From the NCBI GenBank assembly GCA_963717465.1, contig OY970340.1, forward strand, positions 2,752,001-2,816,000: a stretch of DNA of 64,000 bases, given 5' to 3'. Below are positions 31,811 to 42,496 of the stretch, piece after piece. Origin of the DNA: Candidatus Bathyarchaeota archaeon (lineage in GTDB: Archaea > Thermoproteota > Bathyarchaeia > Bathyarchaeales > Bathycorpusculaceae). Every line of letters starts with the position of its first letter. The stretch's first letter is position 1. The translations under genes and the position numbers were made by a program. The notes beneath the pieces were generated by a model. It was not told the origin of the DNA. It worked only from the letters and a program-made list of their open reading frames with translations, and ran no database searches.

Positions 31811-32353
31811 ACTATTCACCTCCCTGACCAAGCATTTTTTCCTTTCAGTGTTGCAGAGTGCAAATAAATAATTTGTGTTCTCTATGGTACTAGTTTTTGT
31901 TAAACTGGGCGAGATTTACGCGGGTTCTGAAAATTCTTTGCAAAAAGATCTAATATTTCGACAAATAATTTTGATCTAGAAAATAAAGAGAGAGCACACA
32001 GCCGCTAACAAATGACTTTTTGAGTGCAAATGCAATCAAGATTATAATACAGTCACAACCGTACAATCTTAGTGCTTGACAGCGAATAAATTTTATTTAT
32101 TAATCGAGTATATTTTAAAAATTATAGTGAACAAACTGAATAGAAGAAAAATGGCTTAAAATAGCTCAATTCTTCTTCTTTCAACTTAAGACGTGGAAAG
32201 TACATCATAAAAAAACAAAAAGAAGAACAACAATTTCGTGAGTGCATATTTGTTGTTCTTGCATTTTATCTCAGCCGCAGTATCATTAAACCGGACTTCT
32301 GTCCATGAACAGCATTCATTGATTTACCAGAATTGAAGGTTGACGTTACTATT

Positions 32354-32740
32354 TTAGTATTCAACGCCCTTAAATTCTTTTGCAATATCTGTTATGCGTC
32401 TCATAGACTTCTGACTCTTCATTGCCTTCATCATGTTAAGCTTCAGCTTAGCCTTCTGCGAGTTAAGTTCACCTTTGAAAATACCAGCAATTATAGCATA
32501 AGTAGCAGTCTGACCGAACTCGATTTCTTTGTTATTAAGATCAGAAGCTTTAGCCTCGCTAGCTGTTGCCTTCCCATTAGTAAAAGTCTCAAGAAAAGCT
32601 TTCGGCTGCCCATCAGGACCAAGCACATCACTAAAGATTATCATCATATTACTAGTAAATCCTGATTTATTAAATTCCGGATCATTACTTAAAGCCTCAG
32701 CATGCATTTTAAAATACTCTAATGTCCCAAACTTTACCAA
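32354..32740 (-). CDS. SCP2-like lipid-binding protein, paralog 2
   Basis: Close paralog of 31430-31810 with long identical DNA stretches and the same SD. Confidence 0.65.
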   Translation of the reverse strand: MVKFGTLEYFKMHAEALSNDPEFNKSGFTSNMMIIFSDVLGPDGQPKAFLETFTNGKATASEAKASDLNNKEIEFGQTATYAIIAGIFKGELNSQKAKLKLNMMKAMKSQKSMRRITDIAKEFKGVEY

Positions 32741-33090
32741 ACTATTCACCTCCCACCAAACGCTTGGTGTCAATTATCAAGATTATGCATTATGAATAAA
32801 TAACTTGTGCTGTTTGCTTAACTCCGCATATCTTCCTCATCATCAAAAGACCATCCACATTTTTTAAATATAATGAACCCAAGAGCCGAATTAATCGAAA
32901 GTTTTCAAAAAAAATCCCAAAAAAATACCAAAAAATTTTTGACAAGAATTTATACAAATCATTCTGGATAAAACAGTCGCGAATATTTCTTTTTGAAGTT
33001 AAGGTATCTACTTCTATCTTAAGCAAAGATTTGGAATGCATTGAAATAGTTCGACTTTTTATATATTAACATAGCAAAAACGGGTAAACG

Positions 33091-33708
33091 ATGTTTTCGA
33101 TGAGCATTGAAAAAGCCCTTTCGAATTTGCCTAGTTACTCTCAAGAGCTTGGACTCGACTTATCTAGACCAGAAGGTAGGTTCAAGTGGTTTTTAGCTTC
33201 ATTTTTTTATTCAAAAAGAATCTCTGCCAAGATTGCTAAAGAAACTTTCCTTTGTTTCGAGCAAGAGGAGTTGACGACTCCAGAGGCTATATTGGAAGCT
33301 GGCTGGGACCGTTTAGTGGAAGTTTTAGATTATGGCGGTTACACTAGATATGATTTCTCTACAGCCACGAACCTTCTCGGAATAGCAAAGGAGTTGAAAG
33401 AAAAATACGGCGACCTCGAAAGACTCTACAATGAATCAAAAAGTCCGATGGAGCTTGAAGACAAATTGCTTGAGTTTAGGGGTGTTGGACCAGTTTGCGT
33501 GAATATTTTTCTTCGAGAACTGCGTGGAATTTGGGAAAAAGCCCAACCCAAAGTATCTAGCATGGCGATTGCTACTGCCCATAAAATTGGTTTAGAGTCA
33601 AAAGATATTGTGAAGTATGAGTCGCAACTTGTTAGGTTAAACCTTGAGTACTGTAAGAAGCGTCGATCTGCCCAGTGCCCGCTTAAGCAGGATTGCCCAG
33701 ATAAGTAA
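33091..33708 (+). CDS. HhH-GPD-like DNA-binding/repair protein
   Basis: FKWFLASF, LLEFRGVGP HhH hairpin, C-terminal Cys cluster. Confidence 0.65.
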   Translation: MFSMSIEKALSNLPSYSQELGLDLSRPEGRFKWFLASFFYSKRISAKIAKETFLCFEQEELTTPEAILEAGWDRLVEVLDYGGYTRYDFSTATNLLGIAKELKEKYGDLERLYNESKSPMELEDKLLEFRGVGPVCVNIFLRELRGIWEKAQPKVSSMAIATAHKIGLESKDIVKYESQLVRLNLEYCKKRRSAQCPLKQDCPDK

Positions 33709-33713
33709 AGGTA

Positions 33714-34135
33714 TCAGACTTTAGAGTTTTTTTGTTTAGATAATTTTTTAAAGTATTTTTTCATCGGGTCCCAATAGAATTCTGTCCAACCTTCCTCGAT
33801 ATCATCTGCTTGCTCGGAAGGAACATTGGATTGCACTAAAACGATTTCTGTTCCCTTAGGTACCTTGCGAAAAGTTAATTCCAATCGGGAAGCAGGATAA
33901 TCTTTTTCCCAATCAGTAGTAATCCATTCTTGAACCACACGTTTTCCCTTTTCAATCTCCAAGTACTTCCCAAAAATATAGCCATCCCACGCAGTAAATT
34001 TGCTGCCGACCGCTCTTTGCCTGTTGCTTTGCTGCCCGTAAACGCGGAATGTTTTTTTGGGTCAACGTAAGCTTCGTACACTTCTTCTGGGGAAGCTGGA
34101 ATAATCACTTTTTGGTTTATTGTAGTAAAATCCAT
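33714..34135 (-). CDS. SRPBCC/AHSA1-like domain protein (indel near 34015)
   Basis: ASPEEVYEAYVDP...; second frame GWTEFYWDPMK. Confidence 0.8.
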
Positions 34136-34270
34136 TTTTTGGGCACCTTGCAATTTTAATATGGTTGATTTCGTTTTTATGGTTTCAGTGAAATATAAAA
34201 TCTAGTTATTTCAACTTGAGACTAAAAAGTAAAGATTGAAATAGAAAGGATCAGGGTGATTTTCTTCAAA

Positions 34271-34847
34271 TCAAGTTCCTCCGTAGAACTTTTGAAAAAC
34301 CAAGCGAATTTTCTCTGGATTATCAAGTACGTGCATGCCATCCGTTTGTTCCAATTTACGAGTTTGCTCTGCTTCTTCTTTGCGAACTCTTAAGCTTCAT
34401 TTCTTTGCCATTCGGCAACTTGGTTAAAACAATGCCTTCCCTGTAATCTGTGGGCGCCAAATAAACTGGAACAAAAGCCTTCAAACTCATAATTGCAGAA
34501 TTCGTAAGCAAAGTATCCCCGATTCCAGTGGCAAGTTTTGCAACAGTGTTTGATGTTGCTGGAGCAATTAAAAGAAAATCGTACTTGTGCGTCTGCAACC
34601 AACCTGCGAGAAAAGGCGAATTAGAGTTTAATTCTACCATGACTTTGAAACTATTTTTCAATTCATTCATCAACTGGTAATGCTTCAGTACAATTTCCCC
34701 TGCTTTAGAAGTGAAAACATGAATATCCACAGTATTCTTGTATTGTTCCTTTAACTCTTTCATTATTCTGATGTACTCGTCAATTTTGTCTCCGCCACCA
34801 GTTATTCCCCAGGCAACTTTATGTTTCTTAGCTTTTTCTTCAACCAT
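34271..34847 (-). CDS. afpA: Archaeoflavoprotein AfpA (indel near 34390)
   Basis: VAWGITGGG, IAPATSNTVAK, GIGDTLLTN; follows an iron-sulfur flavoprotein. Confidence 0.8.
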
Positions 34848-34863
34848 AAAACAAGCCTTCGCT

Positions 34864-35455
34864 CTACTTTGAATTGTTTAAGAAATCAGCGAATTTCTTA
34901 ACCGTCTTTCTTAAGCTTCTGAAGCCTTCATCATCTTGCTTTACTCCATCAAGTGAATCCTTCGTCCAAAAGGTAGCGCCCAGATTTGCCCCAAAGAAAC
35001 CGCCGCTAATTGGAACGGCCCCGTTAAGGATATAAAAGTTTAAAATTTGCTGCAATGCAATTTCTTGTCCGCCAATTCTGTCTCCGCCTAAAGCAATGCC
35101 TATGCCGACTTTGTTTTTGAAGAACTTTGGGTCAGCAGCAACTAAAGCTCGACAGCGATCCATAACTGCCTTAGTTTGTGCGCTTACTGAGCCATTGTAT
35201 ACTGGAGTAGCAAAAATTATACCCTTAGCTTTCTTAAGCAAGGTGTAAACTTCTTGCATGTCATCTTTAAAGGCGCATTCCTTATGTTCAAGGCAGTAAT
35301 CGCAATGCGTACAAAAACCAATTTTTTTAGCTCTAACACGTCCAAAAATGTGTTTCAAACCCTTTTTCTTCAAGCAACCGTAAAGCTTCTTTCAAAACAT
35401 ATTCAGTTGCTTGTTGACGCGGGCTTCCACAAATACCAACAATCATAAGAGCCAT
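34864..35455 (-). CDS. Iron-sulfur flavoprotein (Isf/flavodoxin-like; indel near 35370)
   Basis: GICGSPR N-terminus, CTHCDYC-x5-C, ATPVYNG, GGDRIGGQE. Confidence 0.85.
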
Positions 35456-35623
35456 AATTTAACTAATTAATCAGCACGTTAAAAGCCTTACCTAAAATGA
35501 TTAACAAGAAAGCAATCCGTTACTACGCTCCAACAACGACAAAAAAGCATTGAAACTAAAGAAATGCAGAATCCTGAATGAATAATTCTTTTAAAATAAA
35601 AATGAAAACAAAAAAATTGAAAG

Positions 35624-37840
35624 TTATTCTGATTCGAAGTATTCTTCAGGTTTCGGCGGAATAGGCGGTAAACCTCTACGTTCACGAATCTTCGTAATAG
35701 ATTCAGCTTGCAACTGCTCAGGAACAGGTGCCCAACGGCTAAACTGTGTAGCCCAGAAAGCTCTGCCCTGAGTTGAACTGCGCAGTTCATCAGCTATTCC
35801 GAAACTTTCAGAAACAGGCATCTCAGCTTTTACAGTAATCATATCTTCTTCTGACGGCATGTCTAAAATTTTCCCACGGCGTTTTTGCACCAAAGTGATG
35901 ACTGAACTTACAAATTCACTTGGAACCTTGCATTCGAAACTTAACAGTGGCTCAAGCAGCTTTGGATCACTTAAAAGTATAGTACAGTAAATTGGTCTCC
36001 AAGTCATCGGTATAGCTTGTGCAGGACCTCTGTGAACTGGATCTTCATGCAGCGTTATGTCTTCAAGATTAATTTTCAGTCCATAAGCAGGCTCTTTAGC
36101 TAACGGTGACGTGTGAACTGCTTCTCGGAATCCAGTTTTAATATGATCAAGGACTTCTTCCACGTATTGTCTTCCTTTGATGCGGTTACAGAGAATATTG
36201 TTTTCTTCAACAGCTACTGCGCCTTTTGCATCGTCTGGTGCCCAACCTAAAGACCGCAACACTTTTGTTCTTTCATCTTTGCTTTGCATATCGGTTATTT
36301 TGTCTGATTTTATTGCTTCAATAACTTCAGGTGATAGTTTTTCTATTGTTATCCAGAGTTTGTTATGTTTGTTTGGACTTTTACCCATAACTGCTGGACC
36401 ATTATAGTCATGACTTATGGTTTCACGGTAAATAACAATGGGTTTGCTAAGTTTTACTTTTAAACCTGCTTCCTGCATTCGATAAGCAGTGATTTCAAGG
36501 TGAAGTTCACCCATACCACTTAAGAGAAATTCTCCACTTTCCTTGTTCATTATAAAATGCAAATTAGGGTCTTCAGTGGTTAACTTGTGCATAACTTTAT
36601 CGAATAAAGGTAAATCTTTCACATCTTCAGGTTCGACAGCAACGGTAACAACTGGGTCTGAAACGTATCTTAAACCTTCAAACGAATGAGTTTCTACCCC
36701 ATCCTCCGCAATTGTTTCACCAACATGGATAGCCGGTAAACCAGAAACAGCCCCAATATTTCCCGCAGGAACCCTATCAATAATAACTCTGTCAGTAGCC
36801 ATACTCATGAAAACCTGTTGAACCGTGCCTTTCTGGTGACTACTTACAAGCTGAACAACCTTACCCCTAGTAACTGACCCACTGAAAATTCTACCTATGG
36901 CAACAGTTCCACTATGAGGATCAACCTCAATCGTTGAAATACACATTAAAAGCGGACCATTCGGATCAACTTTAGCCATGCCTTGACCAGTTGGTGAATT
37001 TACATCTCCTGGCCAAATTTGCGGTTGTCTGTAAGGTTGCGCTTGAAGCGGATTTGGCAGATGCTCACAGAACATGTCTAAAACTGGCTCGGGTAATGGT
37101 GCTTTTTTGCTTAATTCATCAACCTTTCTACCGACTTCTTCAGGTGCACCCGTGTAAGCATCTATAATATCTTTGAAGGTAACTTTCTTCATTTTCATAT
37201 GTGGCGCATTTAAACCCCATTTGTGAAGTGCAGAGCCAAACGCCACTCTTCCATCTTCAACGGAAACTTGCCAATCTTTCTTGTGGTCAGCTGGAGCATA
37301 TTTCTCAATTAATCCGTTAACTCGTAGAAGAATTTTGGCGAATTTACGTTGGATTTCTTCAGGAGTAAGTTTAATTTCTTTAATCAGTCTGTCAACTTTG
37401 TTGATGAAAAGAATCGGTTTAACGCGTTCTCGAAGAGCCTGCATAAGAACTGTTTCTGTCTGAGTCATTGGTCCTTCAACAGCATCGACCACAACAAGAG
37501 CTCCGTCGACAGCTCGAAGACTGCGTGTAACTGCACCGCTAAAGTCTATGTGTCCTGGCGTGTCAATGAGGTTAATCAGATAATCTTTTTCTTTATACGT
37601 GTGAGTTAAACTTACGTTAGAAGCAAAAACCGTCATTTGACGTTTCTGTTCCAGGTCCCAAGAATCCAAAAAAAGCTTTTGACCAGCAGTTTGTGTGCTA
37701 ATTATGCCTGCTGCTGCCAGAAGGCTGTCGGATAAGGTGGTTTTCCCATGGTCAACATGAGCGATAATACTGGTGTTTCTGATGATTTCAGGGTTATTCA
37801 TCAGTTTTACTATTTCGTCAGTTTGCCGGTAACGTGCCAT
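35624..37840 (-). CDS. fusA: Archaeal elongation factor EF-2 family GTPase
   Basis: AHVDHGKTT, DTPGHIDF, NKVD, SPNKHN, HEDPVHRGPAQ diphthamide loop. Confidence 0.95.
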   Translation of the reverse strand: MARYRQTDEIVKLMNNPEIIRNTSIIAHVDHGKTTLSDSLLAAAGIISTQTAGQKLFLDSWDLEQKRQMTVFASNVSLTHTYKEKDYLINLIDTPGHIDFSGAVTRSLRAVDGALVVVDAVEGPMTQTETVLMQALRERVKPILFINKVDRLIKEIKLTPEEIQRKFAKILLRVNGLIEKYAPADHKKDWQVSVEDGRVAFGSALHKWGLNAPHMKMKKVTFKDIIDAYTGAPEEVGRKVDELSKKAPLPEPVLDMFCEHLPNPLQAQPYRQPQIWPGDVNSPTGQGMAKVDPNGPLLMCISTIEVDPHSGTVAIGRIFSGSVTRGKVVQLVSSHQKGTVQQVFMSMATDRVIIDRVPAGNIGAVSGLPAIHVGETIAEDGVETHSFEGLRYVSDPVVTVAVEPEDVKDLPLFDKVMHKLTTEDPNLHFIMNKESGEFLLSGMGELHLEITAYRMQEAGLKVKLSKPIVIYRETISHDYNGPAVMGKSPNKHNKLWITIEKLSPEVIEAIKSDKITDMQSKDERTKVLRSLGWAPDDAKGAVAVEENNILCNRIKGRQYVEEVLDHIKTGFREAVHTSPLAKEPAYGLKINLEDITLHEDPVHRGPAQAIPMTWRPIYCTILLSDPKLLEPLLSFECKVPSEFVSSVITLVQKRRGKILDMPSEEDMITVKAEMPVSESFGIADELRSSTQGRAFWATQFSRWAPVPEQLQAESITKIRERRGLPPIPPKPEEYFESE

Positions 37841-38125
37841 AATTATGCAGTCTCCTTCCTATGATTAATTTTTTGAATCGGATACACTTGTTTTTTAATT
37901 ATCTGTAGCATTTGCTATCTCTCATAAAGTGATAAGCTACATGGAAAGCGGATTTGTCGCCTATTAACTTTATGGCACGCAATTAAAGATTAACTTAGTC
38001 AACGAGAACTTTTCGTAGTATATTTCTCCATCCAAGGAGTTCGCAAAAAGGAGGAAATATAGGTTACTTCTTGTCCGCTTTCGATTTTAAAAGTTTTTAT
38101 TGGAGATTTTGCCATTAGCTGGCTG

Positions 38126-39016
38126 ATGTCGGGCAAAGAATTTTTCGTTAAGCGTTATGAACAATTAGGCTGGAAATTTCATGAAATAAAACTTCGCCAA
38201 GCAATCAGGATAAATTGGATAAATGCTAAAGGGAAAAAGCTTGTCGAGCGGCTTTCAGAGTTTGGTGTTAATCTGGAAAAGATCCCTTTTCTTGAAGATG
38301 GATATTGGTTGAAAAACTCAAAAGTCTCAGTGGGCGCCACGGCGGAGTACCTGCTTGGGTTCTATTCAATTCAAGAGGCTGCTGCGCAGATTCCAGCATC
38401 GCTTTTTTCGGACTTGAAAGGCAAAATTGTACTTGATGCTTCAGCTGCTCCTGGAGGTAAAACCGTGCAGATGGCTGACTTAATGGAAAACACTGGCCTA
38501 ATTGTCGCGTTGGATATTGAAAAACCAAGGATAGCGGCGTTATCTAACCATTTGGAACGCTGTCACATCAGCAACACAATTGTCTACAGAAGAGATGCAA
38601 GGCAAGCTTCCGAGTTGAATTTAAAGTTTGACAGAGTCTTGTTGGATGTTCCATGCTCGGGTAACTTTGCCTCAGACAAGATGTGGTTTAAGAGAAGGAC
38701 TCTTGAGGACATACGCAGAAATTCGAAGGTGCAAAGAGAAATCCTGTTTGAAACAGTGAAATGCTTAGAGGATAATGGAGAGATTGTTTATTCGACTTGT
38801 TCTTTGGAGCCTGAAGAGAACGAGTTAAACATGAATTGGGCAGTCAAAAATCTCAATTTAAACATAGAAAAAGTGAATTGCATAGGTGATAGTGGTTTAA
38901 CAAGAATTTTCAATCAAGAACTTGATGATTCGATAGTTAATTGTAAACGAGTTTGGCCGGGAGAAACTCAGGGATTTTTTGTTTGCAAGCTGAAAAAGAA
39001 GAGGAAAGCATCATGA
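38126..39016 (+). CDS. RsmB/NOP2-family RNA m5C methyltransferase
   Basis: AAPGGKT, LLDVPCSG, VYSTCSL. Confidence 0.92.
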   Translation: MSGKEFFVKRYEQLGWKFHEIKLRQAIRINWINAKGKKLVERLSEFGVNLEKIPFLEDGYWLKNSKVSVGATAEYLLGFYSIQEAAAQIPASLFSDLKGKIVLDASAAPGGKTVQMADLMENTGLIVALDIEKPRIAALSNHLERCHISNTIVYRRDARQASELNLKFDRVLLDVPCSGNFASDKMWFKRRTLEDIRRNSKVQREILFETVKCLEDNGEIVYSTCSLEPEENELNMNWAVKNLNLNIEKVNCIGDSGLTRIFNQELDDSIVNCKRVWPGETQGFFVCKLKKKRKAS

Positions 39017-39495
39017 AAGCCGTTAAGAGTTTCGCGTCCCAGTTTGAAGCCAAGGTTGAATTTAACCCTGACTTCATAGTTGAGCTAAATCAAAGGATTT
39101 ATCTTTTGAATCCTGCGTTACGCAAAGTTGCCAAGAAAGACTTTTACTACGCTGGATTGTACCTTGGAAAAACAAAAAACGGCGTTTTCTTTCCAAGCTT
39201 TAATCTGCTTAACAATCTTGCGGGTATGGCTGTCGATAAAGTTGTTCTTAATAGGAAGGCGGCTTGGCTTTTTATCTGCGGCAGAGATGTCTTCCAATCA
39301 GGAATACTAAAGATTATGGGCACCAAACACAAGGGTAACTTAACTTTGGTTCTAAACGAGTTTGGTGAATGTCTAGGTTTTGGTAAAATAACCAGCAATT
39401 TAGAAAGAGTAGATGTAAGTTCAGAAGGTAAAATAGCGGTTAAAAATATTTTGGATATAGGGGACTTTTTGCGCAGAGAAAAGAACACAAAATGA
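39013..39495 (+). CDS. Nip7-like PUA-domain ribosome biogenesis protein
   Basis: AGLYLG, WLFICGRDV, LGFG, LDIGDFLR; overlaps the NOP2 gene. Confidence 0.8.
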   Translation: MKAVKSFASQFEAKVEFNPDFIVELNQRIYLLNPALRKVAKKDFYYAGLYLGKTKNGVFFPSFNLLNNLAGMAVDKVVLNRKAAWLFICGRDVFQSGILKIMGTKHKGNLTLVLNEFGECLGFGKITSNLERVDVSSEGKIAVKNILDIGDFLRREKNTK

Positions 39496-39519
39496 ATAAA
39501 TTGTTATTTTACAGCGAGA

Positions 39520-39702
39520 TTAACAGCTAATATGCATGAAGCGTATTTTTTTCAAGTATCTTTTTCGGGCCTCTTCAAGCTCTTCCTTTGTGTATTCATG
39601 GTGGGGTACTTCAGTTGTTTCAGTTTCAGTCTTAGAGGATGACTTTTCATCTATCTTCGTTGGCATGCATATCACCGTCTTTGTAATCGATGATAGGCTC
39701 AA
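39520..39702 (-). CDS. Small hypothetical protein
   Basis: Short ORF with a probable ATG start after a GGTGA SD. Confidence 0.4.
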   Translation of the reverse strand: MSLSSITKTVICMPTKIDEKSSSKTETETTEVPHHEYTKEELEEARKRYLKKIRFMHISC

Positions 39703-40685
39703 ATAAACTTTACCATTCAGTCGATTGAAAAGGAAATGCTGAACAGTGTCATCACCACTCTTAACGCAATCTTTCCATATTTCATTTGAAACCTCGTTAA
39801 AAAGGCTGATTCGTTTACGAAATTACTTCAAAAGGGAAAAATGGCAAAAAAAATAGATTATTCTCAAAATTTAGCACTATTTCGCACCCGTTTTCTATAA
39901 TGACGTCACCCATCCTGCATAGTTCCCTTTTCTTTTTTGAGACTCACTAAATCTGCAAATATTTGGTCTCAAATTGGGAATAAACATCTTAATTTTATCT
40001 AAATACTCTAAGCCGTTACGTGAATAGGACTAATCTCGTTGATTACAAGCTGGTTCAGTTGGATTTTTATTCCTTTCTCTAAATGCGATATGCGTGACCA
40101 TTGCGTTTTTGGTTTGTTGGTTTAACACTCATGATCGTTAAATCTGAAAAAAAGACTTTGTTTGTATAACCTTTGTTAAGTTCTGGAAATGGCTCGCTAT
40201 AAGCTTTATTGCGGTTAAGTGGAAAGTTGAATTATAATGATGGAAGCTCACGTTATTTTATATTGGCACTTTGTACCACTTGCATATTTTCTGTGAAACT
40301 GAATCTGAATATCCATTTTTTCTAAGCATCGCTTGGAATGAGTGCATAAGTTAGGCTCCATAATTAGCGTCCGTTTAAGGTAATAATAAATATTCTGAAT
40401 TTCAGCTATACTCGTAGATACGTTAAACACAAATACAATTAATAGCGCAGGAGTTTACTCTTACTATCCTTAAATACATAAAAAGCCTCAATTTTTGAGC
40501 CATGCTTGAAGCAGGAATTAGTAAGAAAGAATATCACGAAGATCAAGACATGGATTCAGTAGACGCTGGTTAAGAGTAGCTACGTGCCATTATTGGATAA
40601 TGCAGACTCTTTAAATTATTGCTAAATCCGCTTCGCTTTCGCATGGTATTTAAGGGAAAGATTGAATCATTTATGAAGGCATAAG

Positions 40686-41162
40686 ATGGACAATACAGTT
40701 ACCTATCGAAAATTTGCTAGAGGCGACTTGCAAAGCGTAATAAACATTAACCGTGTCTGTCTTCCAGAACATTACACAGACGACTTTTATACTAATTTGC
40801 ATTTACGATTTCCAGACACGTTTTACGTAGCAGAAGAAAAAGGGCAAATTATTGGTTACATCATGTCCCGTATGGAAGCCGGGGCATCGAATTTTGATTT
40901 GCGTGGATCCGTGCGCAAAGGGCATATTGTCTCAATTGCAGTTTTACCGCAAAACAGACATAAAGGCGTTGGTAAAGCTCTGACTACTAAGGCGCTGGAT
41001 GGAATGCGCAATTACAAAGCCAAAGAGTGTTTTTTGGAAGTACGAGCGACAAACCTTGCAGCAATTACGCTTTACAGCAATCTTGGGTTTGAAATAACTA
41101 AAACGATTCCACGCTACTACACAGATGGCGAAGAAGCACACGTAATGACGAAAAAACTGTAA
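40686..41162 (+). CDS. Ard1/RimI-type N-terminal acetyltransferase (GNAT)
   Basis: INRVCLPEHY, GHIVSIAV, FLEVRATN, RYYTDGEEA. Confidence 0.9.
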   Translation: MDNTVTYRKFARGDLQSVININRVCLPEHYTDDFYTNLHLRFPDTFYVAEEKGQIIGYIMSRMEAGASNFDLRGSVRKGHIVSIAVLPQNRHKGVGKALTTKALDGMRNYKAKECFLEVRATNLAAITLYSNLGFEITKTIPRYYTDGEEAHVMTKKL

Positions 41163-41671
41163 AAAGGCTTTTGCCATAAGACAAATTCTAAAAGGGTTCG
41201 AAGCAAAATCTTCAGAATTCCACTATCCTAAACCAAGTAATATTTTTGACAGTGGTAGAAGACGGTAAACTCTTAGTAAGCAAAAATAGTTAAAGGGGAT
41301 GCAGTAAATAATCAAGGGATTATTTCGCATCCGTTTTCTATGGTGATGTCACCACTTTCCACGCCATCTTTCTCTTTTTTCTGTTTAACGCCAAGGTAGC
41401 TTACCCTCGCTCAAGTTGGCTATAGAGTTGGCGACGTTTCGGTTTCTTCAGAAATTTTTTTTATCAGAGATCAAAGCCTCGAGCGGGCTTTACCATTGGG
41501 GGATGAAAGCCCTTACTAGTTTTTGACATTATTTTTTGGTCTCCTAAAGCCCATGCATGTTAACTGTTGTAATAAAGCTTATTCATCATCAGTGTCGCTG
41601 GCTGAGTTTGAACCTGCGTTTGGACTTGTGACGAGTTTTCCTTTTTCCGTGCGCAAGTGCGCTCAAAGGAT

Positions 41672-41748
41672 GGTGTGCTACAGGTTGGGACATCCTGTAG
41701 CCACCACCTAGAGGTGAATAGCGCGCAACTTGGAAGTCACGCGCGATT
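41672..41748 (-). ncRNA. Candidate two-hairpin small RNA, copy 1
   Basis: Begins about 23 nt downstream of a TATA box; 10-bp stem with G-U pairs only on the minus strand; no downstream ORF. Confidence 0.45.
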
Positions 41749-42037
41749 TAACAGACAATCCCTTAGAATATTTAAGTTAAATCAAAAGCAAATTCCAACT
41801 TCACGCCACAAACAAGACACAACAATGCAACAAAATAAACAATTAATGCAAAAAAACAAAAACATAAATACAAATTATCCAACCCAACTTGCACACAAAT
41901 AACCTTAAAAACAAGGTTCAAATCACCTAAACAATACTTATAACAAAAATACCATCTAAATCCCATTAAACCTTATTTAAACACACGATGTCAGACTTAA
42001 GCCAGGAAACAATCTAAACAATTCTGAGCTGATCGAA
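41696..42037. repeat. About 340-bp non-coding direct repeat, copy 1 (copy 2 at 44779-45102; partial copy at 44498-44622)
   Basis: Colinear sequence from tgtagccac...cacgccacaaa...tctaaatcccatt...atcgaa in both copies. Confidence 0.9.
41768..41812 (-). promoter_or_regulatory. TTTGTGGC-N28-CTTAAATAT promoter motif
   Basis: One of six copies with an identical 28-nt spacer. Confidence 0.7.
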
Positions 42038-42405
42038 ATCAACCTTTTTGTCATAGGGATAGGACTACAGTTAGCGCATCATCCGTGCCCTTTCAAACAT
42101 AAGGAACCTCCCTTGTCAACAACGATCTTAGCGCTTTGTCTGAGTAATTTTTTATGCTGTAGGTAGGAAAATCTTCCTCGGCTACTGCTCTAAAAAAAGG
42201 CATGCCATTTAAATGTAAATTGATTTAGGAGGTGAGGATTTCAAATTATATATTTGCTTTGGTGTCAAGTTTTAATTTGCTTGAAAGCTCATTTTGAATC
42301 TGACGGGATTCTTATTCGCAAACTATGTCCGTGCTTTGGCATCTGTAATAATAAAATCATTATTGAAGCAACAAATGTGTTAACATTTCAAGTCAGATAT
42401 ACTGC

Positions 42406-42450
42406 TTTGTGGCAAGAAGCTGAAATTAGTCTGTGAGTTAGCTTAAGTAT
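42406..42450 (+). promoter_or_regulatory. TTTGTGGC-N28-CTTAAGTAT promoter motif upstream of the SDR gene
   Basis: Same motif and spacing; spacer begins AAGAAGCTGAAAT, nearly matching GAGAAGCTGAAAT in the 53075-53119 copy. Confidence 0.7.
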
Positions 42451-42496
42451 TTTGAGAATAGCTAAATATTCATTATCTTTTGGTGAAAAAGGAGGA

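Noticed and set aside
41580..41600. CTGATGATGA on the minus strand as a C/D box sRNA
   Set aside because: No correctly spaced C-D'-C'-D arrangement could be assembled
41657..41966. ORFs 41657-41902(+) and 41772-41966(-) inside the repeat
   Set aside because: Low-complexity translations; reading frames are not preserved in the second repeat copy
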